Assembly: GCA_016932815.1 (NCBI GenBank)
Contig: JAFGCC010000017.1
Location: 3,581-67,580, forward strand
From: Candidatus Micrarchaeota archaeon
GTDB lineage: Archaea > Micrarchaeota > Micrarchaeia > Anstonellales > Bilamarchaeaceae
DNA length: 64,000 bases
Direction of reading: 5' to 3'
A model generated the notes under the pieces. It saw nothing but the letters and a program-made list of their open reading frames with translations, was not told where the DNA came from and did no database searches. The position numbers and the translations under genes were made by a program. Below, piece after piece: positions 1 to 9,651 of the stretch; position 1 is the stretch's first letter, and each line of letters begins with the position of its first letter.

Positions 1-1
1 G

Positions 2-367
2 ATTGAAACAAGGAAAGCTGAAGCGCAGCTAAGGCTCGCAAGGGAAAAAGACAAGAGCGACCCGGATGTGCTGAAAATGGAGAAATTCGAGAGGGAAATC
101 TCCATGTGGGATTCTCAGCTCCAGCGCCTAATCAAGGGAGTAAGGCCGATGGCGGTGCTTGCATACGCAATGACCTCCTCCCCGGGGATCTCAAAGGAAG
201 CCGCGGTCGCAACCCTGCGCGCGCAGGTGCGCGAACTAAAAGTCCTCCTGCAGAACTCGCTAAACGTGCAGGTAGACCAGCTTGCTGCAGACGAGATGAA
301 GCGCTGTTTCGAGTGGGAATACGCATTCCCCTCAGGGCCCAAGGAATTGGAGGAAGCGCTAATATGA
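2..367 (+). CDS. 5'-truncated protein, probably the N-terminal-domain partner of the downstream VirB4-like ATPase
   Basis: Frame is open from base 2 (IETRKAEAQLRL...) to the stop at 367, 10 nt before the ATPase. Helical segment followed by a beta-strand and helix resembles the VirB4/TraC N-terminal region (inference). Confidence 0.55.
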   Translation: METRKAEAQLRLAREKDKSDPDVLKMEKFEREISMWDSQLQRLIKGVRPMAVLAYAMTSSPGISKEAAVATLRAQVRELKVLLQNSLNVQVDQLAADEMKRCFEWEYAFPSGPKELEEALI

Positions 368-377
368 GGCGGTAAGT

Positions 378-1952
378 GTGGGAAGGCTCGCAGTAAGCAA
401 GGTGCCCAACAAGGATATCTCCAGCAGGAACCTCCTAGTGCATCCTCCGGAGCCGCCAATAGACATCCTCTGCAAGGACCCAACAAACTCAATTTACATA
501 GGAAGGACGAAGATGCTAAACGTCCCCTTCTACTGGAGCTACCAGGACGTTACCAACCCGCACATAGCGGCGGTGGGAATTACCGGTTCGGGTAAATCGT
601 ATTTCATCAAGACCTTTCTCAGCCGCGCTTCGTTTGTGTGGGACTCCAACGCCCTAATCATAGACTGGGCGGGGGAATACCGCGAATGGGTGCGCATGGC
701 GGGAGGAAAGGTAATAGCCCTCGGAAAAGGCTCCTACCTAAACCTCCTGGACCTAGGAGGGATGAAGCCCTATGACCGCATAAAGCAGGTAATGCGCACA
801 ATAGCAATCCTAACCGACATAGACCAGTATCCGGAGCAGAAGCGCCTGACCGAGCAGGCAATAGAAAAGGCATACACGGACAACAAGTTCAAGATGGACG
901 CAAGGGAGCAGCGGGACGAACTGGGAAGGCCCCTGCAGGCTCCCACCCTAAAAGACATAGTAAAAATACTCGAAGAAAAATCCTCGATGGGAACCTACGA
1001 GTTCCCAGCCGAGCTTGAAAACTCAATCTACCGCCTAAAGCAATTCACAAAGCCCGGTGAAGACTTCTTTGCCCAGCAGAGCACAGTAAGCTTAACGGAG
1101 CTAACAGAATCCGGGCTGGTCGCACTGGACCTATCCGGGCTTCCCGATGAGCGCTTCAGGGCGCTAGGGGCATTGGCGATGCTCCAGTTCATCAAGGAGC
1201 GCATGCGCGCAGCAGGCTGGGCGAAAGCCAAGGGCCTGCGCCTCATAGTCGTGCTAGATGAAGCGTGGAAAATCGGAAAAGACGAGAACTCCGATGCGGT
1301 CATGATTGTGCGTGAAGGGCGCAAGTATAACTTCGGATTAATAGTCGCATCGCAAAACCCCACGGACATAGCAGAGGCGGTCTTCTCGAATGTGGGAACA
1401 ACGTTCATACTAAAGGTAAAATTCGAAAAGTTCCTGGACTACCTCCAGGGCTCCCTCAATTTCAGCGAATTCATGAGGGAGGAAATCTCCAAGTTCGGGG
1501 TAGGCTCATGCGCAGTAAACATGTCGTTTTCGAGCGCGGCGCCCTATCCATCAACATTCCTGCTAGACAGGGTGGAAGGGGAAGAGCCCATGCGCGAATT
1601 CTTCCTGGAACTTGGAAAAGTGCTTACAAAGGAGCAGAGAGAGGAGATGGATATGGCAAGGAGTGTTTCGTTTAAGAAGGACAACCTGAAAATAAGGCTC
1701 CGCGAGTTCGGGCTCGGCGAAGCCAGGATAGAGGAAGTGGTTCGCCTCTTCGACCAGAAGAGCAGGCACATGGACATAGTGTCCTTTATCATCCTGCTTG
1801 AGCGCTTCGGGGTGGAGCGCTCCAACATAACCATGTTCCTAAAGGAAGTGGGGATAGAAGACACCACGATAATCAACATCTTCACGATGGCCGACAAGCG
1901 CAAGGCGGATATCCTAGACCGCGACATCACCCAGGTAATATTAGAGGAGTGA
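378..1952 (+). CDS. VirB4/HerA/FtsK-superfamily P-loop ATPase with C-terminal helical extension
   Basis: NPHIAAVG-ITGSGKS Walker A, LIVVLDEAW Walker B, EGRKYNFGLIVASQ arginine-finger/Q motif. Confidence 0.85.
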   Translation: MGRLAVSKVPNKDISSRNLLVHPPEPPIDILCKDPTNSIYIGRTKMLNVPFYWSYQDVTNPHIAAVGITGSGKSYFIKTFLSRASFVWDSNALIIDWAGEYREWVRMAGGKVIALGKGSYLNLLDLGGMKPYDRIKQVMRTIAILTDIDQYPEQKRLTEQAIEKAYTDNKFKMDAREQRDELGRPLQAPTLKDIVKILEEKSSMGTYEFPAELENSIYRLKQFTKPGEDFFAQQSTVSLTELTESGLVALDLSGLPDERFRALGALAMLQFIKERMRAAGWAKAKGLRLIVVLDEAWKIGKDENSDAVMIVREGRKYNFGLIVASQNPTDIAEAVFSNVGTTFILKVKFEKFLDYLQGSLNFSEFMREEISKFGVGSCAVNMSFSSAAPYPSTFLLDRVEGEEPMREFFLELGKVLTKEQREEMDMARSVSFKKDNLKIRLREFGLGEARIEEVVRLFDQKSRHMDIVSFIILLERFGVERSNITMFLKEVGIEDTTIINIFTMADKRKADILDRDITQVILEE

Positions 1953-2494
1953 TCAAGATGGCGAGGATGTGCATAGTAAGCAGGAAGGAAGTCCCCGCAG
2001 GCGAGGGAACCCCAATCCGCGAGGACGCGATAATCCGCACAATACGCGTGATAAAGGGGAAGCTTGGAATCCTCCAGAACAACGAGCTGGTAGTATCAAA
2101 CGAAGCCCTCGAAGAATACACAAAAAAGAGGGAAAAGTTCGAGAAGATGGCGGTAATCCATGCAACAGTCGGAGCAATCCTGGTCGTTGCCTTCATATTC
2201 GGGCCCCTCCTCTTAGGCGCCCCGTTCAACCCCATGGGTGTATTGTTCTCGATAATACTGGGCCTGCTGGTTGCGGCACTGGCCCTCCTAAGCTACGTTC
2301 CCGCCCTAGAAGACGGGAAGGAGAGCACTGTTCCCACTCCCGGGCAGATTGTGAGCAGGCTAATGCCCCGCTCACTCGCAAAAAAGGCGCAGGAAGCGCC
2401 CAAGGCCGAGGCTCCCAAAGAAGCAGCAGCGCCCGCAAAGAAGGCCCCCCCAAAGCCCGCCAAGAAGCCTTATAAGAGGGGAAAGAGGAAGTGA
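1949..2494 (+). CDS. Two-TM membrane protein with Lys/Pro/Ala-rich C-terminal tail
   Basis: Two hydrophobic segments (ATVGAILVVAFIFGPLLLG, VLFSIILGLLVAALALLSY); start overlaps the ATPase stop (GTGA). Confidence 0.75.
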   Translation: MIKMARMCIVSRKEVPAGEGTPIREDAIIRTIRVIKGKLGILQNNELVVSNEALEEYTKKREKFEKMAVIHATVGAILVVAFIFGPLLLGAPFNPMGVLFSIILGLLVAALALLSYVPALEDGKESTVPTPGQIVSRLMPRSLAKKAQEAPKAEAPKEAAAPAKKAPPKPAKKPYKRGKRK

Positions 2495-2500
2495 TGGACA

Positions 2501-3229
2501 ATGGCAGAAGAATCATCTTTGGCACCAAAAGTAGACGGCTTTAGAATGAAAGTGAAGCTCAAGGGAAAAGTCTCCGAGGTTGCAGCCGCCCTCAATTCGG
2601 TCTCATTCCTAAAAATCGCGCAGGAAAAAGAGGGCGTAGATGCCGCCTACGTTGAGAGCAGGAGCATAGACAAAACCCCCTACCTTTTCTCCCTAATGAA
2701 GTTCAAGCAGGACGAAATAGAGGTCGTATACACGGTCCCCTCAAACAATTCCCCTACCAAGAGGAAGCTTGACGTCCTGCGCTACCTGCTCAACCTGCTA
2801 ACCCTCGTTGAGCCCTACTATTCGATAGACAACAAGGTGGTATACCAGCTAATAGAAGAAACGATGATGCAGTTGGAAGAATACACCACCGGCGACTACA
2901 AGAAGCTCTACAAGGAGTACGACGTCCTAAAGCGCGAGGTGGAGAACCTTAGGCGCTCTTCTCGCATATACAAGACGCAGGTAAAGAGCCTCACAAAGGA
3001 GAACTATGAACTCAAGAACGAAAACGACGAACTCAAGGTGCGCTTCGAAAAGCTCCACGGAGGCGTTTCCGACAGCGTCCTGATGTCGAAGCTCCAGGAG
3101 TGGATTGCAGAGCACTCAGGCAGCGTAAACATCGTCGAGTTCGCAAAATACAACCGGGTTCCCGAAGCAAGGGTTGAAGACGCGCTAAACACGCTGGTTC
3201 GGCAGGGGTACCTGGAGCAGGTCCAGTGA
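2501..3229 (+). CDS. Hypothetical protein: alpha/beta N-domain, coiled coil, C-terminal winged helix
   Basis: Heptad region LKREVENL..LTKENYELKNENDELK; wHTH-like end VNIVEFAKYNRVPEARVEDALNTLVRQGYL. Confidence 0.7.
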   Translation: MAEESSLAPKVDGFRMKVKLKGKVSEVAAALNSVSFLKIAQEKEGVDAAYVESRSIDKTPYLFSLMKFKQDEIEVVYTVPSNNSPTKRKLDVLRYLLNLLTLVEPYYSIDNKVVYQLIEETMMQLEEYTTGDYKKLYKEYDVLKREVENLRRSSRIYKTQVKSLTKENYELKNENDELKVRFEKLHGGVSDSVLMSKLQEWIAEHSGSVNIVEFAKYNRVPEARVEDALNTLVRQGYLEQVQ

Positions 3230-5790
3230 GCAAAATGGATGGCATAGAAGGGCTTAGGATACGCAAGCGTTCTTTCTCGTTCGGGATAAAGCACAAGTAT
3301 TCCCCCGAACTCAAATTCAGGAAGGTCGAAAAGACCGTGGGAGAGAGGCTGCTAGAATCAATAAGCGCGCTCTCAAAGCCCAAGGAGAAAGTGGTGCTAG
3401 AAGGTGCGCAGGAGGCAAAGGAAGGGCTTGAAGAGGAATCCAATAACAACAACCACAAGCCCGCCCCAAAGCCGCTGATTAGCCCCCGCAATGTCCGCAG
3501 GATAGGGGGGGCAATCTTCCTCCTCCTTCTCCTCTCCGCTTCCGGGATAATCTACTTCCAGTCCATGGTTTCCGCCGCGGAGATTGTAGTGAACCCGCCC
3601 GTAACCTCTTTCGTTTCGGCAGAGGTCACCGCGCAGGACCTCCTTACTGCGAGCAAGGAGGGATTCTGGCGCCAGCCCTACCATAGCGCATATTTAAGGC
3701 TGGATGCGGAAGCGGGAGGAATAGATGAACTCCCGGTAACCGTGAACGTCTATGACAGGGTCGTTCCCTCATCCGTTTACCTTTTGCGCAGCTACCGCTA
3801 CCAGGCGGAGAACTACCCTCAATTCATCTCAGTACTCCGCGCAAACCTCTCTAGGTGGGGAATTAGCATAAACGAAGTGGGGCTAGACGAACTAGGCTCA
3901 CTGCCCTCCCAGTCATTGGTAATTGTCCCAAGCGGCTACATCCCTTCAGAAATGCTAATTGGGAGCGACACTAAGATAAGCGCCCTCCTCCAGAGAGGCG
4001 TTACAGTAATATACATGGGCCAGCCCTTCAACCGCATGTACAGCACAGAAGGAAGCGTGGTTCCGGGGAACACCGGATACCTCTCGCCCCTTCTGCTGCG
4101 CTTTGAAGAGGGCGTGTCCCTGCCCACCACTTCGGGCTTCCACCTAAAGAGCCCGCTATACTCGGTTGGCGACATCCGCGTAATGGGCTCTGCAAGCGTG
4201 GCCTATTTCGGCACGGGTGCAATGGTGTTCCTCCCCCAGACTCTTGATGGAGGCTGGTCTTCGCCGGAGTTCGCCGCAGACGACGTGCAGAAACTAATAC
4301 TTGAACTCCCCTGGCTCTCCCCGATAAGCACGGATTCGGGCAACCTCTCTTTTGTAAACGGGAGTGCCACTTCCGAATACTTTACCACCTCCTTCCTAGG
4401 AGACGGGGTGTATGCGCACTTACAAGCATACGACAATGCCACGGGCAACGGGTTCAATGAGGTAGTCTACCTGGAAAAGAGCACCCGCGGCGAAATCTAC
4501 ACTCTCGGGCACAGCATCTCGCCTTCGGCAATCGGCTCCACCCAGATGGACGTGGTAGTAGAGCTAAAAGAGGCGGGGGGAGAAGAGAGGCTCTTCTTCT
4601 CGGTGGTGCAGGACCTGCTTGAAGTTGGCCGCGAGCCAGTATCATCTAGCAAGCTCGCCCTCAATTCCGATGCGACTTTCTCATACACGTTTTCCCTCTC
4701 CCCGGGAGATTACATCCTCAACATCGTGGACAACGATGGCCGCAGGTATGCTAGGGCATACATGAGGGCAGGGGACGTTTCCATAGTAAGCGGGTATAGC
4801 CGCTACTCAAACGACCAGTACGAATTCAAGTTCTACGCGGACGGCAAGCCCCTCTCCCTCACAGGCGACGTATTCCTTGAGGGCTATTCCACCCCCACCC
4901 ACTTTGAGAATGCGCAGTCGGTGGTAGTGGATGCGGCAACCGTTGCGGGCGGCCCCCTCGCGGTAAACGAGGACCACGAGTTCCGCTTTGAAATAAAAGA
5001 ATACGAAACGACCGTAACAATCCGGAAGAGGGGGACTACCTCCATACTAACTAGCCCGTTCCTCCTAGGCGCAGTGGGAATCGCGGTTCTGGCTTTGGGA
5101 GTCGGTTTCCTCTTTGCGAGGAAGGGAGTGGCAATGTACGGCCTTGACATACCCGACTTCCCGCCCCAGAGCACGATAAAAGTGCCGCTTTCCAAGGAGA
5201 AGCTCCTTGGAGTCTTTACCAAGATAAACGAGCGCTACCGCTGGAAGAACACGCCGCTCAAACTAAGCGAAATCAAGCTGGGCTTCAAGGACCTCCTCCA
5301 TGAGGGCAAGCCGATATTCATCAGCGATTACAACCTAGAATACCTCCTCTCGCGCCTTGTGGGAATGGACCTGGTAAAAAGGGAAATCGACTATTACGGC
5401 CTATCTTCGTGGGAAGGGGAAACCGGAAAGAGCATCCGCTATCTTGCCTCCTTTAGGAAGCTCCGCGACATCTGCATAAACAACGCGGTGCCCTTTACCG
5501 CCATGGGCAAGGGCAAGGACTACGACTCTAAGATAACAGTGCTCGGCCAGGACATATTCGTCCACCTATACGACGATGCTAGCAGGGTAATACCAAACGC
5601 ATTGTCTTCGCTGCAAAACGGGATGAACATAGTCCTCTTTGAAGAGGAAGCGGAAAAGAGCGAGTTCTACGAATACCTCTCAAGCGGCTACCGCGGCGCA
5701 ACCGCGCTGAAACTTGAGGTGCAGGCAGGCTCAATCCTGATGAAGACCTGGGAAGAATTCGCGCAGATGATAAAGGAGATGAAAGTTTAG
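3226..5790 (+). CDS. 854-aa two-TM membrane protein with a large extracytoplasmic region and a cytoplasmic C-terminal domain
   Basis: TM1 IGGAIFLLLLLSASGIIYF, TM2 FLLGAVGIAVLALGVGFLF; ~500 aa beta-rich region between them; GTGA overlap with the upstream gene. Confidence 0.75.
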   Translation: MSKMDGIEGLRIRKRSFSFGIKHKYSPELKFRKVEKTVGERLLESISALSKPKEKVVLEGAQEAKEGLEEESNNNNHKPAPKPLISPRNVRRIGGAIFLLLLLSASGIIYFQSMVSAAEIVVNPPVTSFVSAEVTAQDLLTASKEGFWRQPYHSAYLRLDAEAGGIDELPVTVNVYDRVVPSSVYLLRSYRYQAENYPQFISVLRANLSRWGISINEVGLDELGSLPSQSLVIVPSGYIPSEMLIGSDTKISALLQRGVTVIYMGQPFNRMYSTEGSVVPGNTGYLSPLLLRFEEGVSLPTTSGFHLKSPLYSVGDIRVMGSASVAYFGTGAMVFLPQTLDGGWSSPEFAADDVQKLILELPWLSPISTDSGNLSFVNGSATSEYFTTSFLGDGVYAHLQAYDNATGNGFNEVVYLEKSTRGEIYTLGHSISPSAIGSTQMDVVVELKEAGGEERLFFSVVQDLLEVGREPVSSSKLALNSDATFSYTFSLSPGDYILNIVDNDGRRYARAYMRAGDVSIVSGYSRYSNDQYEFKFYADGKPLSLTGDVFLEGYSTPTHFENAQSVVVDAATVAGGPLAVNEDHEFRFEIKEYETTVTIRKRGTTSILTSPFLLGAVGIAVLALGVGFLFARKGVAMYGLDIPDFPPQSTIKVPLSKEKLLGVFTKINERYRWKNTPLKLSEIKLGFKDLLHEGKPIFISDYNLEYLLSRLVGMDLVKREIDYYGLSSWEGETGKSIRYLASFRKLRDICINNAVPFTAMGKGKDYDSKITVLGQDIFVHLYDDASRVIPNALSSLQNGMNIVLFEEEAEKSEFYEYLSSGYRGATALKLEVQAGSILMKTWEEFAQMIKEMKV

Positions 5791-5791
5791 T

Positions 5792-6961
5792 TCAACCCTT
5801 CCCCTTTTCCTTCTCTTTCCCTTTCTCGTTTTCCAGTATCAGGGAGTAGAATTCCAGGAGCGCTTCCACCCTCCTATCCGAGTCGTACTCTTTTGCGATT
5901 TCCTTTCCCCTCTCTCCTAGTTCATCGCGGTTTTCCAGAGCAAGGAGCAGCTTTTCGCGGAAATCAACTTCTTCGCGGAAGAGGTATCCGGATTTCCCAT
6001 CTTCCACGAAATCGCTTGAGCCTGAGCGCTCAGGCGCAACCACCGGAAGCCCCGCGGACATGGCCTCAAGCGCCACTAGCCCCTGGGTATCAAAATAGGA
6101 TGGGAACGCAAACACGTCCCCCGCAGCATAATAGTCCGGCAGCTCCTTTTTGGGCACAAAGCCCGCAAAAATGAAGTGCTCCCCCAATCCCTTGATTTTG
6201 ACCATGTTCTTGTAGTGCTCTTCTGCTGGCCCCTGCCCCACTATCAGGAATGCCACATTCGGCTTCTTGTTTATGATTGATTCGGCTTCGTTTATCAGGA
6301 GTTCCAGGTTCTTCTCCTTTACAATCCTGCCAACGTGCAGGATGATTTTCTTCTTTCCCAAACGATACCTCTTCCTAACCCACTCCCCCTCCCCCTTGCT
6401 ATAAAACTTGTAATCCATCCCGGCGGGGATTATCACGGTATTGCTTATCCCGTGCTCCTCCAAGGTTTTCCTGGTGAATTCGCTTGGCACGATTACTTTC
6501 TTGAAGAATTTGTAATACCATCTTAGGTATTTCCATGCAACGTCCTCGAAGACTTTCTGCATTCCATGGCTGCTAGTAAGGTAATGGGTAGCGCTTGGGA
6601 CCATCGTATGGAAAGATGCGATGCAGGGCTTTTTTAGCTCCTTTGCGCAGTCTATTGCCGCAAGCCCGGTAGTCGCAATCCCGTGCGAATGTATGAGGTC
6701 AACACCCATCCCCTTAAGCAGCTTTTTGGCAGAGGGGAACGGGAACAGCGCAAGCCGATAATCCGGGTACGGCTTGAAGGATGCGGAAGTAAAGTAATAG
6801 ACGTTCTCATCCCTGTTCTCCTTTTTCTGCTTCTTGGTTCCGGGCGTGAGTATGATCACCTCGTGCCCCCTTTTCTCCAGGCCCTTCCTGAAATTGAGCA
6901 GGCAGGTAACCACCCCGTCGTTGTTGGGCAGGTAAGTGTCGGTAAAGTATGCGATTTTCAT
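5792..6961 (-). CDS. GT4 glycosyltransferase (diacylglycerol glucosyltransferase-like)
   Basis: MKIAYFTDTYLP..DGV start, HVGRIVKEKN, DTQGLVALEAMSAGLPVV. Confidence 0.9.
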   Translation of the reverse strand: MKIAYFTDTYLPNNDGVVTCLLNFRKGLEKRGHEVIILTPGTKKQKKENRDENVYYFTSASFKPYPDYRLALFPFPSAKKLLKGMGVDLIHSHGIATTGLAAIDCAKELKKPCIASFHTMVPSATHYLTSSHGMQKVFEDVAWKYLRWYYKFFKKVIVPSEFTRKTLEEHGISNTVIIPAGMDYKFYSKGEGEWVRKRYRLGKKKIILHVGRIVKEKNLELLINEAESIINKKPNVAFLIVGQGPAEEHYKNMVKIKGLGEHFIFAGFVPKKELPDYYAAGDVFAFPSYFDTQGLVALEAMSAGLPVVAPERSGSSDFVEDGKSGYLFREEVDFREKLLLALENRDELGERGKEIAKEYDSDRRVEALLEFYSLILENEKGKEKEKGKG

Positions 6962-7839
6962 TACATCTGCTCCAGCGCCTTCTCAATTGCGGGCTTTATG
7001 GAAATCTCCGATGCTTCTGTTTCTATGCTGTCGGTTACGAACACTTTCTCGCATTCTTCTCTGAGCTTCTTTAGCGAATCCTTGAGGAAGAACCCGTGGG
7101 TTGCAGCGCAGATTACCTTCTTTGCGCCGCCCTTTTTCACGTTCTCAACCGCCTTTAGCATGGTTGAGCCTGTGGAAATCATGTCGTCGATTATCAAGAC
7201 GCATTTTCCCCCTACGTCCTTTTCCATCTCCATCTTGCCTATCCCCCTGTAGATTTCGCCTTCTTCGCCTCCAGCGGCCCCTTCTCCTTCCCCGTATCCC
7301 GCCCTCACTTTCTTCATGCTGCTTCCCCCAAACTCTTTTACCAGGTAGTTTGCGCCTTCATCCGGGCTCATGATTTCCAGCTCCCCGCCCGCAATCTCCC
7401 GCGCCCTCCCTATTATTTCCTTGTTCATAGAGAGGTTGGTTATCTTCAACCCCCCGTATTCGAATTCCCCTTCCCTCTTTAGGAAGTGGCAGTCAAAAGT
7501 GATTAGGTGGCTTACCCCCTGCTCCCGAAGGGTTTCGCAGAGGATTTCCGCGCTCTTTACCTCCCCTTCCTTGAATGTCTTGTCCTGCCTCGAATAGGGG
7601 AGATATGGAACGACCAGCGTTATGCTCCGAGCCTTGTTCTCCCGCAATGCCCTCAATACCAGGAGTGTTTGGAATATCGCGGAATCCTGGTTTGGGTACA
7701 GCCTGGTAAACAGGATGGCGTTCTTCCCCATGGCTTCTTTAGCATTTGGAACCCTCACATACGAATCCCCATCTGGGAACTGCCTTATTTCCACATTTGG
7801 CTCATATATCCCTGAGAATGAGGGGCACACGACCTTCAT
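6961..7839 (-). CDS. prs: Ribose-phosphate pyrophosphokinase
   Basis: FPDGDSYVR, PYLPYSRQDK, SPDEGA, IIDDMISTGSTM, ATHG. Confidence 0.93.
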   Translation of the reverse strand: MKVVCPSFSGIYEPNVEIRQFPDGDSYVRVPNAKEAMGKNAILFTRLYPNQDSAIFQTLLVLRALRENKARSITLVVPYLPYSRQDKTFKEGEVKSAEILCETLREQGVSHLITFDCHFLKREGEFEYGGLKITNLSMNKEIIGRAREIAGGELEIMSPDEGANYLVKEFGGSSMKKVRAGYGEGEGAAGGEEGEIYRGIGKMEMEKDVGGKCVLIIDDMISTGSTMLKAVENVKKGGAKKVICAATHGFFLKDSLKKLREECEKVFVTDSIETEASEISIKPAIEKALEQM

Positions 7840-7905
7840 AGGCTAGAAAAAGGACGGAAAACGTTTAAAAGGAGGCAGGCGGGCCCGAAAATCCCAGATT
7901 AAGCG

Positions 7906-8808
7906 CTACTTCCTGCCCTCTAGGATTTTCTTTATGATTGCCATCCGAACCGGCACGCCGCACCTTGCCTGTTCAAGATACCTAGCCTGCGGGCTTGCTG
8001 CAACTTCGGGTGGAATCTCGTCTCTTTTGGGAAGAGGGTGCAAGAGAATCATCCCCTCTTTTGCGGCCTCCAGGTATCCGGGCTTTATCGTGTAGCCCTT
8101 TTTCGCCTCTTCTGCTTCACTCTTGTTTGCAAACCTCTCTTCCTGCACCCTGCAAACGTAAGCCACGTCCGCAGTTGAAAAATCTATCTTCGTAGTTTCC
8201 TCTATCTCCGCCCCGTATTTCTCCTTTGCTTCCTCTATTGCCTCTTTGGGCATCCCAAGCCCCGTTGGGGAAGCAAGCTTCACTTTTGCCCCGAACATCG
8301 CCAGGCCGTACATCAGGGGGCGCATGACCCTTGCGTATTTTAGGTCCCCCACCAGGTGCACTTCCAGCCCCTCAATTTTCCCCTTCATCTTCTTTATCGC
8401 ATACAAATCCAGGAGGGTCTGGGAGGGGTGCTGGTTTGAGCCGTCCCCCGCGTTTATCACAGGGGATTCTGCGTATTTTGCCGCAAGTTCCGCAGAACCC
8501 TCCTCAGGGTGCCGAATCACCAAAACATCCGCATAATTGTCTATCATCCTTATTGTGTCCTCAAAGCTCTCGCCCTTCTTTATTGAGCTCCTCTCAGCCG
8601 AAAAGTCAATTACGTCCAGCCCCAGGCGGTGGGATGCGGACTGGAAGGAGAGTTTCGTCCGGGTTGATGGCTCAAAAAACAGGGTTGCGACTATCCCGTC
8701 ATGCTTCTTTACTTTCCCCTCTTTTAGCTGCTCCTCCATTTTCCGCGCGTCTTCTAGATAGCGCTCTATCTCTTCTTTGCCCAGGTCCATGAATGATATT
8801 AGGTCCAT
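7906..8808 (-). CDS. pyrB: Aspartate carbamoyltransferase catalytic subunit
   Basis: FFEPSTRT, KKGES, NAGDGSNQHPSQTLLD, RVQEER, HPLP. Confidence 0.96.
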   Translation of the reverse strand: MDLISFMDLGKEEIERYLEDARKMEEQLKEGKVKKHDGIVATLFFEPSTRTKLSFQSASHRLGLDVIDFSAERSSIKKGESFEDTIRMIDNYADVLVIRHPEEGSAELAAKYAESPVINAGDGSNQHPSQTLLDLYAIKKMKGKIEGLEVHLVGDLKYARVMRPLMYGLAMFGAKVKLASPTGLGMPKEAIEEAKEKYGAEIEETTKIDFSTADVAYVCRVQEERFANKSEAEEAKKGYTIKPGYLEAAKEGMILLHPLPKRDEIPPEVAASPQARYLEQARCGVPVRMAIIKKILEGRK

Positions 8809-8935
8809 CTTTCCCGCCTTCTGCGCTTATGCCTCCAAAGGCATAAATACGCCTGCTATCCCTTCATGGATAAAGTATTTATTCCTAAGAGTATCTATAT
8901 CCTCCTCGGTTTCGGTTTTTCCGGGGGTTTTTTGC

Positions 8936-9514
8936 ATGGATTCGAACAAAATTTTGCTTTTTGAGGGCGTGGATGGCTGCGGAAAGGACACCCAGATTGC
9001 CCTGCTCAAGGAAAAGATGGATTTTGCCCACTTCAAGTATCCCACGCACAACTTTCCCATACTCTGGGAATTCCTGCAGAAAAAGCGCACACTATCCGAG
9101 AAGGCGCTCTTCCACCTCTTCCTAGCAGACATTGCAGAGGAGCAGGAAAAGCTCTCCTCCACGGCAGGATTGCGCGTAATAGACCGCTATGTCCTCTCCA
9201 CTATTGCCTATGATTCCCATTATTCGTACGAGGATGCAAAAAGAATCGTTTCCGCCTCATCCTTTATTGCGCCGGACATCGTGTTCCTCCTGGATTTGCC
9301 TCCGGAAGTTGCGCAGGAGCGCAAGATGAAGCAGAAGCAGTCCGAGGAAGTTGAGCCAGACCGCTACGACTTGGACGTTGCGCGCCTCTCCAGAGTGCGC
9401 GAGCGCTTCCTAAAGCTCGCAGGGGATTCCTTTTTGTGCAAAAAATGGGTTGTTCTTGATGCCACAAAACCGATAGAAGGGCTGCACAAGGAGATACTCA
9501 GCCACCTGCAATAA
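8936..9514 (+). CDS. tmk: Thymidylate kinase
   Basis: FEGVDGCGKDT P-loop, IDRY, PDIVFLLD. Start moved to ATG 8936 because the ORF-track start overlaps pyrB. Confidence 0.85.
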   Translation: MDSNKILLFEGVDGCGKDTQIALLKEKMDFAHFKYPTHNFPILWEFLQKKRTLSEKALFHLFLADIAEEQEKLSSTAGLRVIDRYVLSTIAYDSHYSYEDAKRIVSASSFIAPDIVFLLDLPPEVAQERKMKQKQSEEVEPDRYDLDVARLSRVRERFLKLAGDSFLCKKWVVLDATKPIEGLHKEILSHLQ

Positions 9515-9541
9515 TGCGTTTTCAAAAAGGAAGAGGATAAT

Positions 9542-9616
9542 TGCTCCCACCGGGATTCGAACCCGGGCTACCGGAGTGAAAGTCCGGTGTCCTTGACCGG
9601 GCTAGACAATAGGAGC
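9542..9616 (-). tRNA. tRNA-Glu(TTC), no intron, CCA not encoded
   Basis: Minus strand GCTCCTA..TGGGAGC-A acceptor stem, anticodon arm CCGGA-CTTTCAC-TCCGG, T arm CCGGG-TTCGAAT-CCCGG. Confidence 0.95.
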
Positions 9617-9643
9617 AATAGGTAGGGATTTAGAGTGATAGCA

Positions 9644-9651
9644 TATATAAA
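9644..9651 (-). promoter_or_regulatory. TATA box for tRNA-Glu
   Basis: TTTATATA on the minus strand about 28-35 nt upstream of the tRNA 5' end. Confidence 0.55.

Noticed and set aside
8777-8935. ORF-track N-terminal extension of tmk (likewise rfcS 13776-13988 and 26799-26924)
   Set aside because: The extensions overlap divergent genes or promoter regions, and family similarity starts at the downstream ATG.
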